A stretch of DNA of 57,498 nt, filler included, from Squatina squatina (lineage: Eukaryota), in the NCBI GenBank assembly GCA_031763465.1. It is 3 parts of 3 records of this genome, joined end to end, with 100 filler letters (N's around TTAATTAATTAA, not from the genome) between each part and the next. Parts side by side here need not be neighbours in the genome. Positions count along the whole stretch, not along the records: positions 12,909 to 29,635 come from JARFOE010000219.1; 2 more parts are not named here. One strand, written 5' to 3'. Positions within the stretch are counted from its first letter, which is position 1. Each line of letters opens with the position of its first letter. The position numbers were made by a program, and so were the translations under genes. Shown here piece by piece: positions 12,809 through 24,357 of the stretch. The notes below the pieces were generated by a model. That model had not been told where the DNA came from. It worked only from the letters and a program-made list of their open reading frames with translations, and searched no databases.

Positions 12809-12908
12809 NNNNNNNNNNNNNNNNNNNNNNNNNNNNNNNNNNNNNNNNNNNNTTAATTAATTAANNNNNNNNNNNNNNNNNNNNNNNNNNNNNNNNNNNN
12901 NNNNNNNN
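12809..12908. other. Artificial scaffold-joining linker (N44-TTAATTAATTAA-N44)
   Basis: A palindromic 12-mer giving TAA stops in all six frames, centred in exactly 100 nt. An identical copy lies at 29636-29735, and gene content changes across it. Confidence 0.95.
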
Positions 12909-13285
12909 AGGACTGAAGTACGGGAAATGGGACGAACACGGTCAAGGGCCCTGTTAACCACGCTGGAGAGAAATCCTCGGTTGAAAAGGGAAGACATTTC
13001 GGAAGCTCTGGTGTGAAAGGTGGTATTGTTGGAACCGATACAATGGAGACAAAGAAACTGGGAAAATGGAATAGAGTCCTTCCAGGAAGTAGTATGGGAG
13101 GAAGTATAATCAAGGGCCGTTAGAGTCGATGGGCTTGAAGTAGACATTGATGGACAGCCTATTCCAGAAATGGAGCTGGAGAAGGCAAGGAAGGGGAGGG
13201 AAGAGTCAGAAATAGACCATGTGATGGTAAGGGAGGGATGAAAATTAGAAGCAAAGTTGATTAAATTTTCTAGTTCAGGGCAAGA
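12909..13285 (-). mobile_element. Penelope-like retroelement reverse transcriptase fragment, degenerate
   Basis: The minus strand reads LENLINFASNFHPSLTITWSISDSSLPFL... then LDYTSSHTTSWKDSIPFSQFLCLHCIGSNNTTFHTRASEMSSLFNRGF, matching the PLE RT/thumb pattern (LPFLD, YLxxxSxH, RICS, RGY/F). Confidence 0.85.
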
Positions 13286-13289
13286 GGTG

Positions 13290-13727
13290 CAGGAGGTGAC
13301 TGATTATTTGTCAGCCCCATTTGGGTGGCTCCCAATAGGTGATTAAAGGCAATCCAAGAGTTGCAGTTTAATAATCTACACATAGCAGCTGTCGGCAGGG
13401 TAAGACCAGCACTTGGCAGGTAAGTGGCAGGTAAGTGGCAGGGAGGCGGCCTCGCGGAGGGATGGAGGGGTTCCGTCACTTTCCTTGTGGGGCTCAAAGA
13501 AACAGTCCTTTTCCTCCTGGCCCCACAAGGTTCCACATTTATCTGAAGGGCCTCTTCTGTCTGCAGCCCTGCTTCAGCCTGGCAGGAAAGCCATGGTGGC
13601 TTCGCCACTCAGGACTGGTAAAATGCAATTGGGATCTGATTGAATTTTGCATAAAGTCATGAGGCCCCCGCCTGCTTTATGCAAACGCCTCATCCGCCTG
13701 CAGAACCGTGCGGGTTAAAATTGTCAA
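13290..13727. mobile_element. GC-rich non-coding element, probable MITE
   Basis: Abrupt GC-rich island with no credible ORF, ending GCGGGTTAAAATTGTC. Boundaries are approximate. Confidence 0.45.
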
Positions 13728-15364
13728 CGTTTCGAAAGGGTCCGACTCCAAGAGGGGAAGTAAACTGCTTGTTTTTAAAATGGAAATTAGAACCAATCCT
13801 CTTGAGGTACAGTTCCACAGTATCAACTGTGTGGTAGCATCAGCTCTCCAGTCGCGCAAGGAAAGCATCCAGTTTTCGAGCATCAACCTAGATTACAATG
13901 TTGGCAGACTATTGAACCGCAGGGAGCAGCAGGGGAAGTAAGAGTTCTGATAATCACTATCTACAGCAAATGTGTGAATGCGTGTATAAAGAATGATTTC
14001 ACTATTAATGGAAATAGTGGAAATTTTCCTTCCTGATTTCTACGTACTAGGTACTCCTGTTTCACAAATAGATCTCATTCACACTTAATTCTTACCAAAG
14101 TACCAAAGCTGCAGTTTTGCTGGATAGGTCACTGGGCTTTCTACATACCAAACCGGGGAGAACTGATTTAATTCCAGAGATATCCACCGTTCTCATACTA
14201 TCAGCATTCCTTGGAAAAAAAACAGCTCCAAGGGGCTCTGATCTTATGCTTTCACAAAATAGAACTACACGGCTGAGTGACAGTTCTGATCTGAAGCATT
14301 TAAGTGTAAGTTTTGATCTTTCTGGCTTTGATTAAAACTAATGAGCTCATTTAATTCAAAATGAGAATCTCTGATAAGAAAAATAAGGTTGATGTGATTG
14401 GATTAGAGGGATGAATTAAACTCTTACAGTTGAAGTTTCTGCCTAGATAGTGCATTACAGACTCCATGAAATAAAATTAAAAAGCTGTTGGCATATTATA
14501 GTGTGTTAGATGATGAGAAGAATTTTATAGTAATTCATTTTTTAATCAGTGGAAGTGAAAGCACTAAATTTATATCATTGCATCACTTTATCCTTGAATA
14601 AGAGAAAATGGTTCAGACTTCAGAAGACAAAATGAGTGCCTTCTAAAACTGGAAATTTCAAAAAAAAACAATGTACAGAAAGTAACTGATCAATAGAATG
14701 TCATTACAAAGCTAAAGTTATCAGTAATTAAATTCAGGGACTCTGCTATTCTTCTGAAATTTTACAACATGCTTAAATAAAAAGTGGATTGTCTTTTACA
14801 AATTTTAGTTCTCTTGTATTTGTTCTGTTCAAACAAAAAAATGGCAACATTTCAGTTCACGGAGCATCAACCATCACAAAATATTACTGTTTACTATATA
14901 AAGATATCTACACATATCTGTTTTATAGTGAGATGGCCTTTAAACTTTGGATATTACAAGTTGCCCAATTTCTGTCGCCACCATGATATTTTATCATGAG
15001 AGGGAAAGATTAAGGCTGTGAAATTGAGCTTTCCATCAGGAAAGTAAACTGTCGCCAAGGCACTAATCCGTGTGAAGAATGTACTGTGNNNNNNNNNNNN
15101 NNNNNNNNNNNNNNNNNNNNNNNNNNNNNNNNNNNNNNNNNNNNNNNNNNNNNNATGATTGGCCTCCAAAACGTATAATTTTAGAACCAAACTATACATT
15201 GGGCAGAAAAGCCATTGGACATATCTCCTTTACTGCCAGCTAGTGGTGACAGAAACATTGATTGCAAAAGAAAAATCGAGGCATATTTTCAAACAAAATG
15301 ATGGCACAATTGCAGCTTGTACTTACAAAATCATATCTCTAATGCTGGTTTTTTTATCCCACAG

Positions 15365-15483
15365 TAGAATCCGCTAGCCCAACTTTACTGACTATTGACA
15401 ACAGCTTGGAACGATCATTTTTTATTAGAATGAAATCAACACTGACCAAGCGAGGAGTACATATCAAATCATCAGGCTATAAG
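15365..15483 (+). CDS. NPAS3: NPAS3/NPAS1-subfamily bHLH-PAS exon (PAS-A C-terminal part)
   Basis: Acceptor tttttatcccacag and donor gtaaat bound a 119-nt exon: (V)[39 protein letters not shown] (human NPAS3 [40 protein letters not shown]). Not listed in the ORF track. Paralog assignment is uncertain. Confidence 0.9.
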
Positions 15484-15767
15484 GTAAATAACTATTTCAT
15501 AATCTCTCAAGTGGAAAACAGTGATTGAATTTCAGTTGCCAAGAATCCATAATGTTTGCGTTGAATATATAAAATATAATAATTTTTATTATTTTTTTCT
15601 TCAGCTGTGGGTCATTCATCTAGCTGTTATCAAAGCAGTTGATGAAAGCAACAGNNNNNNNNNNNNNNNNNNNNNNNNNNNNNNNNNNNNNNNNNNNNNN
15701 NNNNNNNNNNNNNNNNNNNNNNNNNNNNNNNNNNNNNNNNNNNNNNNNNNNNNNTTGTTTTCTGATC

Positions 15768-15845
15768 TGGGACAAAGGTTCGGCACAACGTCGTGGGCCG
15801 ACGGGTCTGTTATGTGCTGTATTTTCTATGTTCTATGTTCTATGC
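15768..15845 (+). mobile_element. 3' tail of a second CR1/HE1-type subfamily
   Basis: GGGACAAAGGTTCGGCACAACGTCGTGGGCCGACGGGTCTGTTATGTGCTGTA followed by (TTCTATG)n. A near-identical copy is on - at 46586-46659. Confidence 0.8.
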
Positions 15846-17232
15846 TGTTTTTATAGCACCTGAGACCTAAGCAAAAATTAAAAACTGCTCTCTTTACAAT
15901 TCAGCAATATAAACATGGCACTAGCTTGATTGCTGATGGATCAATTTCATGTCAGGTACATCAAAAAAACAGTGCAATTCGACTGGCTCCGGTTCAAGGC
16001 TTGAATGTAATAATCTGACCAGGTGCTAACAGTCCCTACAGATTTACATAGCAGAGTATTAGCATGCAAAAGAAACTTTAGTTCAGCCATTAAATCTTTA
16101 TGGCACAGATTTATTACCCTGTGTCAGACCTTTTGCCATTTATACTCTGCTGCTTAATAAGTATATATGGTCTCACACTTTTCTGGTGTCCCTGTCTTTA
16201 ATTTCTCAGCTGACTAACTATGGTGGCCTTTATATTTTCTGTAAGCAGAGTCATCCAGCTTGCATTCGAGCTGGAGCTCATATAAGGACAGATTATGTAC
16301 TTTTTTAATCACAGATCAATCACACTACATCTACCACGCTTCAATTCACTAACCTTGCAATCTGGTGCAAGTGCAAAGTTAATTGACAATTACAAATTGC
16401 ATGGAAGCTAATCACTATTTCATTGCCAAGCTTACGAAAGATAAACATGAGATTGGAAAAGTTGTATTACATCTGGGATTGCAGAAGAAAGAAATTATTC
16501 AGTGTAAATTTGCAGTCATATACTCTGCGCAAGAAGAAATGTGTTTTCAAAATGGCATTAGCATTCATCATTAAATAAAAGCAGGTTCAGGATAATAGTG
16601 TTATGAACAATGATGTCAGTCATAAAAACATGAAAATATTTAAACACCACTTACATCATACAACTCATTTATTTTAATAAAGCTTTTATAGTGTATTTTT
16701 CCTAAACAAGTAAGCAGCAGATGTATATTTCACCTGTTTGCCAGGTGATGGTTGTGTTGTGTTTTTCTTTGTGGAAGCACAATCCAGACAATCACATTTT
16801 GGGAAGAATCCTGTACTCTACAAGACTTTTCCTAAACATAGCCCAGATTTGTCCACCAGGATCCATTTCCCAAACATTTTTGCATGAATAAATTTACATA
16901 ATCAAACCTGGTCTTGACAGATGCTATCAAAAATAATGTTACCTAAGGGCCATTATTGTTTTACATCAATGACATTCTAATAACGGATGCAATTAGTTGT
17001 CCTACAAGGAATTGGGCTTTAGAACATTGGTGATGTAATAGTGGGGAAGTAGTTCAAAATGTTTGTTTTATTTTGTTTATACCATTAATATATTTTCCTC
17101 ATTTCCCCTCACTACATCACTACAAGACGATATGTGAGGCCTTCCTTCAATTTTCTATTCCTCCGTGCAATCCCGCAACCCCCCTCCCACCGCTCCTTAT
17201 CTTTGTAACCTACCCCATCTTAGCCCCAAGAC

Positions 17233-17557
17233 CGATAGATTTTTGGACTCTCAGGAAATCAAGGGATATGGGGATTGTGCAGGAAAGTGGAGTTGAGGTT
17301 GAAGATGAGCCATNNNNNNNNNNTGAATGTGTTTATAAAGAATAGGTTTATGATTTGGCTACATATAAGTACACAAAGAACAATTGAACATTGAAACATA
17401 CAAAATTCTTACAGGGCTTAACAGGGTAGATGGAGGGTGGATGTTTCCCCTGGCTGGGGGTCTAGAACCAGGGGTCACAGTTTCAGAATAAGGGGTAAGC
17501 TATTTAGGACTGAGATGAGGAGAAATTTCTTCTCTCAGAGGATGGTCAATATTTGGA
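17233..17557 (+). mobile_element. Two CR1 fragments (3' UTR piece and ORF2 end)
   Basis: GATAGATTTTTGGAC...AAGGGATATGGG...GGAAAGTGGAGTTGAGG, then IETYKILTGLNRVD and SRTRGHSFRIRGKLFRTEMRRNFFSQRMVNIW. Confidence 0.85.
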
Positions 17558-18275
17558 NNNNNNNNNNNNNNNNNNNNNNNNNNNNNNNNNNNNNNNNNNN
17601 NNNNNNNNNNNNNNNNNNNNNNNNNNNNNNNNNNNNNNNNNNNNNNNNNNNNNNNNNNNNNNNNNNNNNNNNNNNNNNNNNNNNNNNNNNNNNNNNNNNN
17701 NNNNNNNNNNNNNNNNNNNNNNNNNNNNNNNNNNNNNNNNNNNNNNNNNNNNNNNNNNNNNNNNNNNNNNNNNNNNNNNNNNNNNNNNNNNNNNNNNNNN
17801 NNNNNNNNNNNNNNNNNNNNNNNNNNNNNNNNNNNNNNNNNNNNNNNNNNNNNNNNNNNNNNNNNNNNNNNNNNNNNNNNNNNNNNNNNNNNNNNNNNNN
17901 NNNNNNNNNNNNNNNNNNNNNNNNNNNNNNNNNNNNNNNNNNNNNNNNNNNNNNNNNNNNNNNNNNNNNNNNNNNNNNNNNNNNNNNNNNNNNNNNNNNN
18001 NNNNNNNNNNNNNNNNNNNNNNNNNNNNNNNNNNNNNNNNNNNNNNNNNNNNNNNNNNNNNNNNNNNNNNNNNNNNNNNNNNNNNNNNNNNNNNNNNNNN
18101 NNNNNNNNNNNNNNNNNNNNNNNNNNNNNNNNNNNNNNNNNNNNNNNNNNNNNNNNNNNNNNNNNNNNNNNNNNNNNNNNNNNNNNNNNNNNNNNNNNNN
18201 NNNNNNNNNNNNNNNNNNNNNNNNNNNNNNNNNNNNNNNNNNNNNNNNNNNNNNNNNNNNNNNNNNNNNNNNNNC

Positions 18276-18483
18276 TCCGATCCCCCCTGCCTCCGACCCA
18301 CCCGACAGCTAGCCAGCCTCTCCATCTGGCTGGCTGCGGGTAGGAAACAGTGATTCTAAATGCTAATCAGGCCCTGCCATTAAATTCGGCAGAGCCTGCG
18401 GGAAACCCGTTCTCCCAGGTTTCCCGAACGCTTTCCAGCAACCCTCGCCGCTTCCTACGCGCCTCCAAATTAAAATTCCGGCC
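18276..18483. mobile_element. Right end of a GC-rich MITE-like element
   Basis: GC-rich stretch after the gap, ending TAAAATTCCGGCC, the terminus type seen elsewhere in the window. Confidence 0.5.
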
Positions 18484-20489
18484 GTGGTGTCTGACATATT
18501 CCAGCATTTTCATGTGAATTGGTCCACAGTTTTTTTTTAATAACAGATATAACATCCATTATATTTCATATTTAAGAATATTGAATCATTGACATCACGC
18601 TGCTTTTTTTTCAAACATCTGTTTGCTTAATTCATTTGCGTGTAAGCACTTGAAGTGTTCTAGTCCAGTGGCAATAGTTAAAAGACCCATTAACTGTCTG
18701 AAGGTTTCATTAGCTCACCAACAGCTGTCACGTTATAATGGGAAACATTTTTATGTGTGTATGAGGGCATGACATGCTGACATTATTCTATAAGGCAGGC
18801 AACTCTTCAAATAGCTTCATTCGAACAATAGCACAGGTATGTGAGGTTACCTGCAAACTGGTAATTGAGACAATAATCCATTGTTATACCTTAGGCCGGA
18901 CTTATTGAAAAATTAAGCTGCATGTATAACACTGTATCCAGCACTCTCGGTTTCTTTCATTGGCTCAAAAAAGGCTCAGTTATGAAAAATGCTGCAGTTA
19001 TTTTATGCTGTCATTTTTCAAATGTACAGCCGCTTCTCAAGTAATACTGGGATCTCTGTGAATATTTCTTTTTCTGATAAGCTGATAGTGTTTTGATGAG
19101 ACAATGAAGGCCACTGAAGGTTTTTCTACCTTTTATGCAAAGGTGCTGGTGCAACACTAGGGTGATGCCACAGTGCACCTGAAACATTGTTCAGTCATGT
19201 TTCTGACTTTGACCCTAAGAGAAAAATGCATTCTGGGTTTGACATTTAAAAAAGTGACCCTAAGGCATATACTTGCACACATGTGAGATGAAATAAGATT
19301 ATCCTGGGTAAATGCTTACACAAGCATTTTACTCAAGGGTTCATATCAAAGAGATTCCTTTACTAGCTTATGCCTGCCTTTGTAACTGGATCTCAACTTG
19401 ATCTTATTTAATGCACTGATGTACATTTTCAGTCATTATGTTGGCTGTATCGCATATCAAGAGCACTCCTGAGAATTCCTAGGAATTGATAATTCTTATT
19501 TCTTATGTATGTCTACTCAATATTCACTCTGAGGAGGACGATATTGTGTGCTGAACCATGAATTATAAAAATTGATCCTTTTGTATGTAAGCTTGCATTA
19601 AATTGAGATATTCTTTTTTTACCATTTATTACCTCAGTAGGGTTCCTGATGTCAGTTTATATTTAGCTGCTTGGTCATATTAAAGTTTTTCTACCACTTG
19701 TGATGTTTTTGCCAAGGGCACTCTTGAAGCAATGCATACAAAACTACTCTTTGCCCAAACGACTTCAAAAAGTATTCTTAGACAAATTCTACATGGAATT
19801 TTAATTTCAAATCATTTTTTGAAATGTTGATTTTCGAAGCCAAAGTTAGAGATAGAATAAAATTTACAGCCTCAGTGTCAGACTGAAATGCTACCAGCTA
19901 GTTTGCCAATACTGAACTTTACAAAATGCAGCTCTTTACTACTCAGATAGCCAGTGCACTGCTTTTTCTTCACAAATTAATCACAATCAATCTTAAGCAC
20001 AGATATTTTTCTTCTAGTAGCACACTCAGTCTATAGTTGTTTTTCTGATTCAGACTCTTCACAATAGCTGGGAATAGTGGTCCTCCAAAATCTATACAAG
20101 AGTCTTTAATGGGATTTTGTAGAGCCTCTTGGAACTGTCTCTATGTAGCACTGCACTTGAAGCAGAGAGCTCAAGAAACTGCAATAATGCTGATGATTTC
20201 ACTTCAGTGAATGGCTGTTTGTGGTGAGTGGATAAAGACTTTTAAAAAAAACTCTGCTCTCCTTAAATTAAGTTTTTAAAACAAAATATCAAACAGCTCT
20301 TGTCTTTCAAATTTTCCAGAAAAATCTCAAGTTAGCTGTTAACACTTCTGTTTCCCTTAAATGTCTCAAATCCCAGAGCATGGGCAGAAATATAACCCAG
20401 CCTGCAGGAATGAAGGCAACAAATGCCAGCCAATAGGAGGCACATAACGACAGGCTACCCATCGAAAGTATGGTGCTGCAATGACCAGC

Positions 20490-20690
20490 ACACTCTAGTA
20501 TATCTCTGTGCACTCATGTACATGCGCACCCATATACCCACACACATTAGCACTACTTCTCTCCCATGTATATACATATTAACACTCAACCATGAAACAT
20601 CCTCACACATTCACCCCCATATACACACATGTACATACTTGCACGTCTCCCTATATATGTACATGTACACGTGCACACACACATACTTGT
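20490..20690. repeat. Degenerate (CA)/(TA)-rich low-complexity tract
   Basis: CATATACACACATGTACATAC...GTGCACACACACATAC. Confidence 0.6.
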
Positions 20691-20884
20691 TTCCTGGAAG
20701 TGGATTTCTAAAATTGGGATAATCTGGAATATGATTGAGCAATATTTTGTCCTAATCACAAATGTTTCCCTGATTATATCCCAAATATAAAAGTTCGGAT
20801 CATCATTAACCCCCACAAGTCCAAACCCACATGCCATTATCCTAGATATAATATATACATGCAGTATTTTTTTTTTGTGTGTGC

Positions 20885-21025
20885 GTATACAGTTCTGATG
20901 AAAGGTCATCGACCTGAAACGTTGACTCTGTTTTTCTCTCCACAGATGCTGTCTGACCTGCTGAGTATTTCCAACATTTTAGGTTTTTATTTCAGATTCC
21001 AGCATCCGCAGTATTTTGCTTTTGC
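20885..21025 (+). mobile_element. Penelope-like element terminal repeat fragment
   Basis: CTGATGAAAGGTCATCGACCTGAAACGTTGACTCTG...ACAGATGCTGTCTGACCTGCTGAGTATTTCCAACATTTT...TTCAGATTCCAGCATCCGCAGTATTTTGCTTTT. The 3' half recurs at 46760-46835. Confidence 0.75.
20891..20927 (+). ncRNA. Minimal type I hammerhead ribozyme motif (Penelope-associated)
   Basis: AGTT-CTGATGA-A-AGGTC-ATC-GACCT-GAAA-CG-T-T-GACT contains both catalytic core boxes, a 5-bp stem II, a 4-bp stem I and a palindromic stem III. Activity is unknown. Confidence 0.6.
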
Positions 21026-21066
21026 AAACATTTACATCTCATTATAATATTGTTACTGTGTTTCAG

Positions 21067-21260
21067 GTCATTCATGTAACTGGACGGTTACGGTTGAGAG
21101 TTTCTCTTTCTCATGGACGTGTGCTGCCTACTCAAATCATTGGTCTAGTAGTTGTGGCTCATGCTTTGCCTCCTCCAACTATTAATGAAGTCAGGATTGA
21201 CTGCCAAATGTTTGTCACCAGAGTAAATATGGACCTCAATATTGTTTACTGTGAAAACCG
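21067..21260 (+). CDS. NPAS3: NPAS3/NPAS1-subfamily exon (PAS-A end to PAS-B start)
   Basis: Acceptor gtgtttcag and donor gtaagt bound a 194-nt exon: [64 protein letters not shown](R). Its phase-0 start fits the previous exon. Confidence 0.93.
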
Positions 21261-21784
21261 GTAAGTAGTCTTTCATTTATCTGTATTTTATGGTTCTGTA
21301 ATTTTTTTAATGAGGATATATAACTTCCTTTTTCTCATTTCTTTTTCTTGATGGGCCAGCCCAAGCCACATATTTTGAGAGTGCAGGCAGACCACAGTCA
21401 ATGCCAATCCTGGCTGGCCATCAGGCCTATGTGACAGCCGCCTGATGAAAATTGTTGCAATCTTTTCCCCACTATCCTGCAGGAAATTGCCTGACCTCCA
21501 CTTGGTGCCTCCCCACACAACTGGGCTCAAATAGGGAAAGCAGCAGATTTGAGGATCAAACCAATTCTTTTCTGCTCATTTCACTGGTTTAACACATTGC
21601 ATCACCACAGTTCGCTATCCATTGCCTAATTTTGCAATTATAAGTATTTTTGCAATTACAACTCAGTGTTTGATTCATAAATAAGATATGGTTGTAAATA
21701 GACTGTATTTTCAAATTATTTTAATTTATTCCTTAACAAACCATTCTTATGATGTTTAATATTGATTCATTTATGCTTCTGTAG

Positions 21785-21891
21785 GATTAGCGACTACATG
21801 GATCTAACTCCTGTAGATATTGTGGGTAAAAGATGCTATTATTTCATTCACGCTGAGGATGTAGAAGGGATCAGACACAGCCACTTGGATT
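21785..21891 (+). CDS. NPAS3: NPAS3/NPAS1-subfamily exon (PAS-B)
   Basis: Acceptor cttctgtag and donor gtgagt bound a 107-nt exon: [35 protein letters not shown]. Phases match both neighbours. Confidence 0.93.
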
Positions 21892-24209
21892 GTGAGTATA
21901 CGGCTAACTACAGGAGTACACTGCAAAATAAGCTTCATAGAAGAACGCCGCTGTAGGGAGAATTGCTTTCAGTGCAAAGTATTCCCCGCAGATTGTTTGT
22001 AAGAAAGATCCTTAAATATATCTGCTCTTTGAGAGGAGACATTCCTATTTANNNNNNNNNNNNNNNNNNNNNNNNNNNNNNNNNNNNNNNNNNNNNNNNN
22101 NNNNNNNNNNNNNNNNNNNNNNNNNNNNNNNNNNNNNNNNNNNNNNNNNNNTGAGAAGTATATTAAAAGTTGATAACGTACTGTTTACTGTGAATTCATC
22201 TTCGTGTGAATCTACATGCACTTACATATTTTTTGGTGCCCTGTAATTGTATCTTGCTGCACACTTCTTCTGGTCTTAGCTACACCCTTCTTCATGACCA
22301 TCGGCAAAGCTATTCTCGAATGAGAATGTTTCCAGTCACTTTTTACCTTCCGATAATCTCTCTGAGAACTCAATAAGGAAAAGCAACTTTGAATGCCAGT
22401 CAAAGCCAAGATTTGAATTTGCTACCTTCAACGGTGGGAGGTTCATGCTACTGCTAAAATTGTACGAACGCTATGTGCAAATGGATGTGATGTCCAGCTG
22501 ATGGTAAAATAGCCCAGTGTTAACAGCAGCCAAGCTACAGCTTTTGACTTTGTTGTTGAATTAAATGGAGCCATATGTCAGGGTTCTGATTTCCTCCCCC
22601 CCAGTTTACCAGTTATAACTTGTCAATGACTTAACAAGGCTGTGTTTTCAGGTAAGTTGCAGGGCAGTTTAATATGTAACAGATGATATGAAAAGAATGA
22701 TGAAAAGGAACCTGCTTGTTAAGTTTTGACAATAAGTAGCATTCACAATAGTCAGTGACTTTTAGTTTAAAATCTGTGAATTAGGTTATCAAGGTGATAT
22801 ATCATTGGTTCATCAGTGTATACAAGTTGAGAGTAAACCAAAGGATCCATTTTATAATTTCAATGCCCAAAAACGCAATCTAAATTTAGCTGTCGCGGAA
22901 TTTTGTTATAGAAAGATTACCCATTAGGAAGTGTAACCAAGAATGGTAAAGGTAAGCCTGATTGCGCGCTCAGATCAGTTTACTGAAACTGTTTGCAGGT
23001 TCACTTTTTTCTAAGACATTTATCATTTTACAAGAAACATTGTCATGATTTTTAATTATTGCTGTAGCTGTGTTTATTGTTTATGCAAATTCTGCCTCTT
23101 TAGTAGCTGATACATTACTTTTATTGACCAGAAAACTAGAGGATTAACCCAATTTTTTTCTTGAAAATCATTATCAAAGATTAATATGCTCTTTTCAGTT
23201 TCCTTGCACAAGATTTCTACAGTAGTTGTACATTTGACACTTATTAGTTGCAATTAAACAGACAGATTGGATACATTGGTAAATGAAATATGTTGCTCTG
23301 AAACATTCCATCTTGTTCTAATTTATAGTTGCAAATGATTAATGGAAATATGTATCAGTTGACAAAACCATTTCACAGCTAAGATGACNNNNNNNNNNNN
23401 NNNNNNNNNNNNNNNNNNNNNNNNNNNNNNNNNNNNNNNNNNNNNNNNNNNNNNNNNNNNNNNNNNNNNNNNNNNNNNNNNNNNNNNNNNNNNNNNNNNN
23501 NNNNNNNNNNNNNNNNNNNNNNNNNNNNNNNNNNNNNNNNNNNNNNNNNNNNNNNNNNNNNNNNNNNNNNNNNNNNNNNNNNNNNNNNNNNNNNNNNNNN
23601 NNNNNNNNNNNNNNNNNNNNNNNNNNNNNNNNNNNNNNNNNNNNNNNNNNNNNNNNNNNNNNNNNNNNNNNNNNNNNNNNNNNNNNNNNNNNNNNNNNNN
23701 NNNNNNNNNNNNNNNNNNNNNNNNNNNNNNNNNNNNNNNNNNNNNNNNNNNNNNNNNNNNNNNNNNNNNNNNNNNNNNNNNNNNNNNNNNNNNNNNNNNN
23801 NNNNNNNNNNNNNNNNNNNNNNNNNNNNNNNNNNNNNNNNNNNNNNNNNNNNNNNNNNNNNNNNNNNNNNNNNNNNNNNNNNNNNNNNNNNNNNNNNNNN
23901 NNNNNNNNNNNNNNNNNNNNNNNNNNNNNNNNNNNNNNNNNNNNNNNNNNNNNNNNNNNNNNNNNNNNNNNNNNNNNNNNNNNNNNNNNNNNNNNNNNNN
24001 NNNNNNNNNNNNNNNNNNNNNNNNNNNNNNNNNNNNNNNNNNNNNNNNNNNNNNNNNNNNNNNNNNNNNNNNNNNNNNNNNNNNNNNNNNNNNNNNNNNN
24101 NNNNNNNNNNNNNAGGGTGTATGGGGTATGCTTTGTGTAACATAACTAACTATAATTGTCCCTTTTACAATACTTCTCTTGCTAATAGAAATTGATCTCT
24201 TTTCTTTAG

Positions 24210-24357
24210 TGTTGAATAAGGGCCACTGTATAACAAAGTACTATCGCTGGCTGCAGAAAAATGGAGGCTATATTTGGATCCAGTCCAGTGCCACTATTGC
24301 GTTTAATGCAAAAAATGCCAATGAGAAAAATGTCATCTGGGTCAATTATGTTTTAAG
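24210..24357 (+). CDS. NPAS3: NPAS3/NPAS1-subfamily exon (PAS-B/PAC)
   Basis: Acceptor ctcttttctttag and donor gtaaga bound a 148-nt exon: (L)[48 protein letters not shown]. Confidence 0.93.

Noticed and set aside
12327-15483. TECPR1-NPAS gene fusion or novel linkage (likewise NPAS-FRMPD4)
   Set aside because: The segments are separated by artificial TTAATTAATTAA linkers.
17437-18353. Long ORFs of 250-290 aa (also 23379-24145 and many shorter X-containing ORFs)
   Set aside because: They are open only because they cross N gaps.
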